Source of the DNA: an uncultured Lentisphaeria bacterium
GTDB taxonomy: Bacteria > Fidelibacterota > UBA8477 > JABMPR01
Direction: 5' to 3'
Assembly (NCBI GenBank): GCA_964578155.1
Contig: CAZOBQ010000003.1
Span: forward strand, 4,390-68,389
Length of the DNA stretch: 64,000 bases
The notes below the pieces were generated by a model. That model was not told the DNA's origin, made no database searches, and saw only the letters and a list, made by a program, of their open reading frames with translations. The translations under genes and the position numbers were made by a program. Shown here piece by piece: positions 56,963-64,000 of this stretch. Position 1 is the first letter of the stretch. Each line of letters starts with the position of its first letter.

Positions 56963-58744
56963 ATGAACTACGAAAACATTGGACAAATGATCAAGATCAA
57001 GATTGATGAATACGGCGAAAACAGGGCTCTACGCTATAAAGAAAATGATTTATGGAAATCCTTGAGCTACAAGGAGTTTGGTGAAAAAATTACCAAGCTT
57101 GGTTGTGCTTTGATCAAAGCGGGCATAGAAAAGGGTGACACCGTAGGGATATATTCTGCTAATCGATACGAATGGGCAGTGAGTGATTTTGCCTGCATCT
57201 TGGTTGGAGCAATATCAGTCCCCATTTATGCTACGAATACTAAGGATCAAGCAAAATTCATCGTTCAAGATGCGAAAATCAAGCTCGTATTTGCCGGAAG
57301 TGAGGTCCAATACAAGAATCTTGCCTCAATTCACTTGGAAGGTATTCCCTTAAAGATTGTGACCTATGAAGCAGGTCTCTCAATTGACCCCTCCTTTGCT
57401 TCCACTTTTCAGGAGTTCATGAATGCCAGTGATCTGGATGAATATATCACAGAGCTGAATCAGCGTTCGGGGCAGATCAAAAGAGATGACGTATCGACCG
57501 TAATTTATACTTCAGGAACGACTGGAAACCCAAAAGGTGTCATGCTTTCCCACGGGAATCTATTTCATCAATTTGAAGCAGTGGACGTCAACTTCAATGT
57601 CACCAGTGCTGATACATCCCTCTGCTTTTTACCTTTGAGCCATGTCTATGAAAGGATGTGGTCTTACTATGTTTACCTGAAAGGTGCCGTACATACCTAC
57701 TTAGAAGATCCAAAACAAGTAATAGAAGCTATGCAGGAAATTAAACCTACGGCTATGGTTTCTGTCCCCAGACTTTATGAAAAAATTTATGCTAGTGTAC
57801 TGAATAGCCAGGAAAATGCATCCAGCATCAAGAAAACGCTATTTAACACAGCGATCAAAGTGGGAGCAGAATACAACAATCTATATTTTAGAGACCAGCC
57901 TATCTCTTCAGGTTTGAAGATCAAGTACAAACTATTCGATATACTCGTCCTTTCAAAAGTGAGGGCTGCGGTAGGAGGTAAGAAAAACTTCTTCTCAGCT
58001 GGTGGTGCTCCACTGGAAAAAACCATCGAAGAGTTTTTCTTGGCCTGTGGACTACTTATCTGTCAGGGCTACGGATTAACAGAAACATCGCCTATGGTCT
58101 CTTATAATACTCCCAATAATTTCAAGTTTGGTACGGTTGGGAAATTGGTACCAAATTGTGAAGTCAGAATTGCAGAAAGTGGTGAAATTCAGGTCAAAGG
58201 TCCTCAGGTTATGAAGGGCTATTTTAATAATTCAGAGGCAACAGCAAAAGCCATAAACGATGGATGGTTTAGTACGGGTGATATTGGCGAATTTGATGAA
58301 GATGGATATCTAAAGATCACTGACCGGATTAAAGATCTCATCATCACATCGGGAGGAAAAAATATTGCACCCCTAAATATCGAAACGCTAGTGGGAAAGG
58401 ATTTCTATATCGAGCAAATCATTGCGATTGGTGATAAACGAAATTTCATCAGTGCCTTGATTGTCCCTGCCTTTGAAAGCCTGGAATCCTGGGCTCATAA
58501 AAAGAAAATCCAATTTCAAAATCAAGAGGAATTGATCAACCACCCCAGTGTTATTGATTTTTTTAGAGAGCGCATTGATCATCACTCCAAGAAATTGGCT
58601 CAGTATGAGACCATTAAAAAATTTAGACTTCTAAATAAGCCGTTTACCATGGAGGGAGGGGAAATTACGCCCACCCTAAAACTCAAGCGTAAGCAGATCA
58701 ATGATAAATTTAGGGCTTTAATTGATTCGATGTATCGGAAATAG
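56963..58744 (+). CDS. Long-chain fatty-acid--CoA ligase (AMP-dependent synthetase)
   Basis: AMP-binding motif (IYTSGTTGNPKGVMLSH). GYGLTE. TGDIGEFDEDGYLKITDRIKD. A 600-aa FACS-like protein. Confidence 0.8.
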   Translation: MNYENIGQMIKIKIDEYGENRALRYKENDLWKSLSYKEFGEKITKLGCALIKAGIEKGDTVGIYSANRYEWAVSDFACILVGAISVPIYATNTKDQAKFIVQDAKIKLVFAGSEVQYKNLASIHLEGIPLKIVTYEAGLSIDPSFASTFQEFMNASDLDEYITELNQRSGQIKRDDVSTVIYTSGTTGNPKGVMLSHGNLFHQFEAVDVNFNVTSADTSLCFLPLSHVYERMWSYYVYLKGAVHTYLEDPKQVIEAMQEIKPTAMVSVPRLYEKIYASVLNSQENASSIKKTLFNTAIKVGAEYNNLYFRDQPISSGLKIKYKLFDILVLSKVRAAVGGKKNFFSAGGAPLEKTIEEFFLACGLLICQGYGLTETSPMVSYNTPNNFKFGTVGKLVPNCEVRIAESGEIQVKGPQVMKGYFNNSEATAKAINDGWFSTGDIGEFDEDGYLKITDRIKDLIITSGGKNIAPLNIETLVGKDFYIEQIIAIGDKRNFISALIVPAFESLESWAHKKKIQFQNQEELINHPSVIDFFRERIDHHSKKLAQYETIKKFRLLNKPFTMEGGEITPTLKLKRKQINDKFRALIDSMYRK

Positions 58745-58812
58745 CAATAAATTCAATTCATGAGGGGAGAAGCATTACCCCGTCGAGCTGGTTATGGAGA
58801 GGGAAGACAGGA

Positions 58813-60360
58813 CTATATTTTTTTAAATCCAAATATGAGTTTAAGGATGCCTTTGAGTTTTAGCGGCCACCGACCCCCAATAATCATGGCTAATCCGACC
58901 CAACGTCGATACACAAAACCAGAAACCGGTGTCCAATAGAATTGTTTGTTAAAAGGGAAATAGTCAGTAACTATAGCTCGGGTTTCTGTCATTGCTTGAA
59001 GTCCTGACTCTCCATGAGTTCTACCTAAGCTGCTATTTTTAAATCCCCCCCAGGGCAGATTGGGAATGCCATGGGTAATCAAATGATTATTTATGGTAAT
59101 AACACCAGCCTGCAGTTGATCAGCTATCTTGCGTCCTAGCCGGATATTTTTAGTCCATATGGAGGCAGTTAACCCCAGGTCAGAGTCATTTGCCAGTTGA
59201 ATAGCCTCGTCAATAGTATTGAAGGGCATGACACCTAACACAGGACCAAAAGTTTCCTCACACATGACGTCCATCTCATGATTAACATCTGTTAAAACTA
59301 TTGCGGGTAAAGCCTGGCCAACTTTAGCATCAACCTTTGATTTGGCAGAGACTTTAGCCCCTTGATTCATGGCTTGATCGATTACGCTCTGGACACTCTC
59401 TTGCTGACTAGATGTAGTCATTGTGCCAAAATGATTCTCATTAGTTGAAGAATCTCCAGCTCGTAATTTTTCCACCTTTCGCTTAAGGATTTTCAAAAAG
59501 GGTTCATAGACATCTGTATGTACGTAGATGCGTTCAATTCCACCACAACTTTGTCCTGAATTAGAAAGCCCTGCAAAGATAGCCCCATTGACTGCTTTCT
59601 TAAGATTTGCTTCAGAGCAAACGATCATGGGGTCGTTCCCGCCTAGCTCTAAAGAAACAGGAGTAAGGGTTTCAGCTGCCTTTTTCATTAGTTTTTTACC
59701 CACAGGAACGCTACCTGTAAAGAAAAGTTTGTCAACTCCGGCTTCTAGAAATGCATCTCCGGCAATACGGCCAGGAACATTGACCTGAACGAATAGATCC
59801 TGTGGTAATTCACCCGCATCAATGATCTTCTGGATTACCTGTCCCACCATTTGGGTTTCAGAGGCTGCCTTGTAAAGCATACCATTTCCAGCCATAAGAC
59901 CCATTAAAATTTCATGCATGGGAATGGCCAGCGGGTAATTCCATGGAGAAATGACCCCAATAACGCCCCTAGGGACATACTGAAGTTTATTGCGATTAAA
60001 GATGGCGATTATATGGGTGCCTTTTATGCGCCGGGGTCTGAGAACCCGAGCAGTGTGTTTAATGTAATAATCAAACGCAATTATTGTTGCTGTCACATCG
60101 GCTATGTAGGCATCTGCCAGTGTTTTACCGTTATCCCGTGAAATAACACGAGCATATTCCTCACCATGTTCAGTTAGATGCCTTTGCATCTTTCTCAAAT
60201 GTGCTCCTCTTTCCGAAAAAGAAAATTGAGCCCACGTTGCCTGAGCTATACGAATTCTAGCAACAGCCTCTTTTACATCTTTGCGGCTGTTTTGGGGCAC
60301 TTGCCCCAGGGATTCTCCTGTAGCTGGATTATATGCTTCTGTGTGAATTTTTGTTGCCAT
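58813..60360 (-). CDS. Aldehyde dehydrogenase (class 3-like) with C-terminal hydrophobic tail
   Basis: Catalytic Cys and Glu regions (ELGGNDP, QSCGGIERIYVH). C-terminal amphipathic/hydrophobic extension (WVGLAMIIGGRWPLKLKGILKLIFGF), as in fatty aldehyde dehydrogenases. Confidence 0.85.
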   Translation of the reverse strand: MATKIHTEAYNPATGESLGQVPQNSRKDVKEAVARIRIAQATWAQFSFSERGAHLRKMQRHLTEHGEEYARVISRDNGKTLADAYIADVTATIIAFDYYIKHTARVLRPRRIKGTHIIAIFNRNKLQYVPRGVIGVISPWNYPLAIPMHEILMGLMAGNGMLYKAASETQMVGQVIQKIIDAGELPQDLFVQVNVPGRIAGDAFLEAGVDKLFFTGSVPVGKKLMKKAAETLTPVSLELGGNDPMIVCSEANLKKAVNGAIFAGLSNSGQSCGGIERIYVHTDVYEPFLKILKRKVEKLRAGDSSTNENHFGTMTTSSQQESVQSVIDQAMNQGAKVSAKSKVDAKVGQALPAIVLTDVNHEMDVMCEETFGPVLGVMPFNTIDEAIQLANDSDLGLTASIWTKNIRLGRKIADQLQAGVITINNHLITHGIPNLPWGGFKNSSLGRTHGESGLQAMTETRAIVTDYFPFNKQFYWTPVSGFVYRRWVGLAMIIGGRWPLKLKGILKLIFGFKKI

Positions 60361-60589
60361 AGCCGTCCTTATATTTGCACAGAAATGTATCCCTGACGAG
60401 TCTGATTAGTAGGTTTTTTTCTATGAGAAGGCTTTGGTTTAAATCTTTATAGAAATGTATGTTTTGAGTCATTTCATGATGATTATTGGCTTATCTTATT
60501 TACGAATCATACAGAGTTATGTCCAGTATTTGACCTTATAAAATTGTGAGTTAATCAGGATTGTATTAATACAAACTAGGGAAGCGATA

Positions 60590-62983
60590 ATGAGAGAATT
60601 AAGTAAGTCAGATTTGTGTAAAACAACAAATGGCGATGCCCTATCATTTAAATCAACTGCAGAGCTTACTAGCCTGAAACAAGTGATTGGTCAAGAGCGT
60701 GCTGTAAGAGCCCTGAAATTTGGTCTTGAGATGCTCGCGCCTGGATATAATGTTTTTGTGGGAGGATTACCCGGAACGGGAAAAAGAACTATTGTTAAAA
60801 GTTTGGTTGAAAAGTTTGCCACCACAAAACCGGCTCCACCTGATTGGATTGTGGTTTTCAACTTCAGAGATGAATACAATCCCAAAGCATTCAGCCTTCC
60901 GCCAGGCGAAGGCACCAAATTCGCAAAACAAATGAAACGGCTTATCAGCAGCCTAAGTGCGGACCTACCCAAGGTTTTTAAGGGTGAGCAGTACGCGAAA
61001 CGCAAAAAGGAGATCACTGCTGAGTTTGATACGGGACGAGAAGAGATCATTGCTGGTGTGAATGAGGATGCCGCTGAGCAAAATATTCAACTGGTTGTAT
61101 CTCAGGAGGGCTTTCAGACCATTCCTCTCAAGGATGGCGAACCTATGAATGAGGAGGCTTTAGCCAGCCTTTCTGAAGAAGAGCAAAACGCATTAAATAG
61201 CAAAATCGCAGTACTTCAAGAACACCTACGTAAGAGCCTGAGGGATATGGCAGAGCTTGAAGAAGAAAGAGAAAATGTGGTTGAAACGCTTCAAGAAAAA
61301 GTAGCTCTTGATTCGGTAGAACATCGCATTGGTCGATTACTGGAAAATTATTCAGCTTATCCAGGTATTGTTGATTACCTCCAAAAAGTGAGAGATGATA
61401 TTGCTGAACATGTCCAAGAATTTATCGGCTTGGAATCCACCCAGGTGCATGAAGAAGAAGCCAGCCCTTACCAGATTCAGCAAGCACTTTTAAAGCGATA
61501 TAAGGTGAACCTGTTGGTGGACAACTGTCGCCAGAAGGGAGCACCCCTGATCATAGATAATAACCCATCCTACTATAACCTCTTTGGTCGAATTGAGAAA
61601 AAACCAGTCATGGGTGGGTACTATAGTGACTTCACTATGATTACTGCAGGAGCTTTGTTAAGAGCGAATGGTGGTTTCTTAATTCTGGATGTCCAAACTA
61701 TTCTCCAAAACAATCATGTATGGGAATCATTGAAGCGCACCCTTAAGAATAAGTTTCTGCAGATTGAAGATGTAAATGAACAATTTGGTTTCTCATCTAC
61801 CACTTCCCTGAAACCAGAACCAATCCCTCTCGATCTTAATGTCATCCTTTTAGGAAGATCAGATTACTTCCATTATCTGCAAGAAGTAGATGAGGCATTT
61901 AATAAAACCTTCAAAGTCCGCGCTGATTTTGACTATGAAGTAAACAGAAGTGCTCAAAATGAACATTTACTGTGTCAGTTTATCGCTCGGGTTTGCCGGC
62001 AAAGCAAGTTGCCACATCTAACCTCTGAGGCCGCGACCCAGGTTATAGTTTATAGTTCTAGACTGGCAGGGGACAAAGAAAAACTATCGCTCCAGTTTGG
62101 AACATTGGTGGGACTTATTACTGAATCTGCCTACTGGGCTAAAAGACAGAAGCATCGCCAGGTTCAAAGAGAAGATGTGCGTAAGGCTATCGCAGAAAAA
62201 CGATTTCGTGGAAGCCTGTATGAGGAAAAAGTATGGGAAAATATTGAGAGCGAAACCTTGATGATCGATGTTAAGGGTGAACGCGTTGGCCAGATCAATG
62301 GCCTGGCGGTATACTCAACGGGAGACAACTCATTTGGGAAGCCGTCACGAATAACTGCTACCGCCTATATGGGAAAACCCGGTATTACAGCAGTTGAACG
62401 GGAAGCAAAACTCTCAGGGAAAACTTATGACAAGGGCAATTTGATCGTCAATGGCTATTTGGGTCAAACTTTTGCTCAAAATTTCCCACTATCTGTAGCT
62501 ATTACACTCACCTTTGAACAATCGTATGGCGGTATTGATGGCGACAGCGCCAGCTCTACCGAGATTTATGCAATCCTCTCAGCCCTTTCAGGTTTTCCAA
62601 TAAAGCAAGGAATCGCAGTAACCGGGTCAGTGAACCAGTGGGGTGAGATCCAAGCTATTGGTGGTGTAAATGAAAAAATTGAAGGCTTTTTCCATCTGTG
62701 TGAATTAAGAGGCTTAACCGGTGATCAGGGCGTGATCATTCCGGAGGCTAATGTTGTTCATCTCATGAGTATGCCTGATGTTCAGAATGCTGTTGAGGAG
62801 GGCAAATTTCATATTTGGGCTGTCAATTCCATCGCGGAAGGAATAGAGCAGTTGACAGGTGTTAAAGCAGGAACTGTGAACAAACATGGCAATTTTCCGG
62901 CGAAAACTGTATTTGGCCAAGCACAGAACCAACTCAAGCAGTATTTTTTAAAGGGTCAAACCTTAAAAAATCAACCAGAATGA
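60590..62983 (+). CDS. Lon-like ATP-dependent protease (AAA+ N-domain with coiled-coil insertion, S16 proteolytic C-domain; YcbZ/LonC-like)
   Basis: Walker A (GGLPGTGKRT). Lon_C catalytic Ser and Lys context (GIDGDSASSTEIYAILSAL...VTGSVNQWGEIQAIGGVNEKIEGF). Confidence 0.8.
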   Translation: MRELSKSDLCKTTNGDALSFKSTAELTSLKQVIGQERAVRALKFGLEMLAPGYNVFVGGLPGTGKRTIVKSLVEKFATTKPAPPDWIVVFNFRDEYNPKAFSLPPGEGTKFAKQMKRLISSLSADLPKVFKGEQYAKRKKEITAEFDTGREEIIAGVNEDAAEQNIQLVVSQEGFQTIPLKDGEPMNEEALASLSEEEQNALNSKIAVLQEHLRKSLRDMAELEEERENVVETLQEKVALDSVEHRIGRLLENYSAYPGIVDYLQKVRDDIAEHVQEFIGLESTQVHEEEASPYQIQQALLKRYKVNLLVDNCRQKGAPLIIDNNPSYYNLFGRIEKKPVMGGYYSDFTMITAGALLRANGGFLILDVQTILQNNHVWESLKRTLKNKFLQIEDVNEQFGFSSTTSLKPEPIPLDLNVILLGRSDYFHYLQEVDEAFNKTFKVRADFDYEVNRSAQNEHLLCQFIARVCRQSKLPHLTSEAATQVIVYSSRLAGDKEKLSLQFGTLVGLITESAYWAKRQKHRQVQREDVRKAIAEKRFRGSLYEEKVWENIESETLMIDVKGERVGQINGLAVYSTGDNSFGKPSRITATAYMGKPGITAVEREAKLSGKTYDKGNLIVNGYLGQTFAQNFPLSVAITLTFEQSYGGIDGDSASSTEIYAILSALSGFPIKQGIAVTGSVNQWGEIQAIGGVNEKIEGFFHLCELRGLTGDQGVIIPEANVVHLMSMPDVQNAVEEGKFHIWAVNSIAEGIEQLTGVKAGTVNKHGNFPAKTVFGQAQNQLKQYFLKGQTLKNQPE

Positions 62984-63260
62984 TTAAAAACGACTGTTAC
63001 GGCTCAATAGTTGCTTAATCAAATACTTGTGAAAAATAATTGGTTTCAAATATCATTCCGCTTTGTTTTCGCTCCACATGAAGGTTAATTTCGATTATGA
63101 ATAAACCGGAGTATTCAAGATTTGATCAGATGGTAAAAACAGACAGCAAACTACCAAGAAATCAGGTCTTCCGGAGATCCCCACCAAAAAAGAATCACGA
63201 CCTTTTTCTATTAAAAATAAATCATAAAAACACAGATCTGTTTATCAGGAGTTCGTCTTA

Positions 63261-64000
63261 ATGTCAAAAAAAATAATCCGTATCAATGAAGCAACTATTC
63301 GCTTTGCCGGAGATTCCGGTGATGGTATGCAGCTAACGGGAACACGTTTCACTGAAGCTACTGCTATTGTAGGAAATGACCTAAAAACTATACCAAATTA
63401 TCCCTCAGAAATCCGAGCTCCGCTTGGAACTTTGGCCGGTGTTAGCGCCTTCCAGCTCATGTTCGGATCTCAACGGGTTTTCACCCCCGGTGATTTACCA
63501 GACACATTGGTTGCAATGAACCCAGCTGCACTAAAGGTGCATCTGAAGGATTTGAAAAAAGGTGGAACCATTTTGGCCAACGCCAACGCTTTTTCTGCAA
63601 AAAATTTAAAAATGGCCGGCTGGGAGTCTAATCCTCTTGAAGACGATACGCTTTCCGGGTATACAGTCTATAGTATTGAGATGTCCAAGATGGTTGGTAA
63701 GGCTCTGGAGAATTCAGACCTGACCTCAAAAGGGATTGAGCGAACCAAAAATATGTTCGCCCTTGGTGTGCTTTTCTGGATGTATAATCGTCCCATAGAG
63801 CCAACCGAAGAATGGCTAAGAAAGAAATTCGCGAAAAATCCCTCCACCGCTGAGGCAAATATCACCGCGATGAAAACAGGTTTCAATTATGGTGAGACCA
63901 CAGAAATATTTACCACCTCCTATGCTGTGGAGAAAGCTGACTTACCAAAGGGGAAATATCGAAATATCACTGGTAATGTTGCTGTTTCATATGGTTTGGT
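63261..64000 (+). CDS. 2-oxoacid:ferredoxin oxidoreductase alpha subunit (KorA-like), 3'-truncated by window end
   Basis: N-terminal GDSGDGMQLTG...IPNYPSEIRAP... is typical of KorA/PorA alpha subunits. The ORF runs off the window. Confidence 0.75.
   Translation, partial: MSKKIIRINEATIRFAGDSGDGMQLTGTRFTEATAIVGNDLKTIPNYPSEIRAPLGTLAGVSAFQLMFGSQRVFTPGDLPDTLVAMNPAALKVHLKDLKKGGTILANANAFSAKNLKMAGWESNPLEDDTLSGYTVYSIEMSKMVGKALENSDLTSKGIERTKNMFALGVLFWMYNRPIEPTEEWLRKKFAKNPSTAEANITAMKTGFNYGETTEIFTTSYAVEKADLPKGKYRNITGNVAVSYGL

Noticed and set aside
60590-62983. Lon-like protease as a BREX BrxL defence component
   Set aside because: No PglX, PglZ, BrxA, BrxB or BrxC-like genes nearby. The neighbours are metabolic genes.
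1-64000. CRISPR arrays, tRNA/rRNA genes, prophage or transposon content
   Set aside because: No regularly spaced direct repeats. No tRNA-like TPsiC/acceptor patterns in intergenic regions. No integrase, transposase or phage structural proteins. The only repeats are the short intergenic family and the intragenic FG-GAP repeats.

Overview
The window is a 64-kb chromosomal segment, most likely from a member of the FCB group (Bacteroidota-like or a related candidate phylum). Four secreted proteins end in the type IX secretion (Por) C-terminal sorting domain with the motif FPNPFNPSTTISY. There is also a 7TMR-DISM hybrid kinase with an AraC HTH domain, an ExbB-ExbD-ExbD-TonB locus with a tandemly duplicated tonB, and tandem transglutaminase-like (DUF3857-type) paralogues. 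Coding density is high and I found no tRNA, rRNA, CRISPR, integrase or transposase. Confident housekeeping calls are aconitase, RecQ, RsmE, a C-terminal processing peptidase (S41), a tryptophanase/tyrosine phenol-lyase family enzyme, a penicillin-acylase-family Ntn hydrolase, LD-carboxypeptidase, a long-chain acyl-CoA synthetase, an aldehyde dehydrogenase, a Lon-like protease and a partial 2-oxoacid:ferredoxin oxidoreductase alpha subunit. The findings most worth follow-up are: (1) a three-gene minus-strand operon (23127-25819) coupling a spore-photoproduct-lyase-family radical SAM protein that lacks the SPL H-donor cysteine with a possible ParB-like protein and a GNAT acetyltransferase; (2) a dispersed intergenic repeat family with core CCTGAGC...GTCGAAGGA at four sites, often as inverted pairs just after stop codons; (3) a Rieske [2Fe-2S] domain fused to a ThDP-dependent POX/ALS-like enzyme; (4) a hybrid sensor kinase whose signal peptide lies upstream in a different frame, next to a G4 homopolymer; (5) a DsrE-like/TusA-like sulfur-relay pair followed by two paralogous permeases flanking a tandem-USP gene; (6) four perfect palindromes in the 318-bp leader of the acylase gene. 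All calls come from reading the sequence and the ORF translations; I could run no database search.
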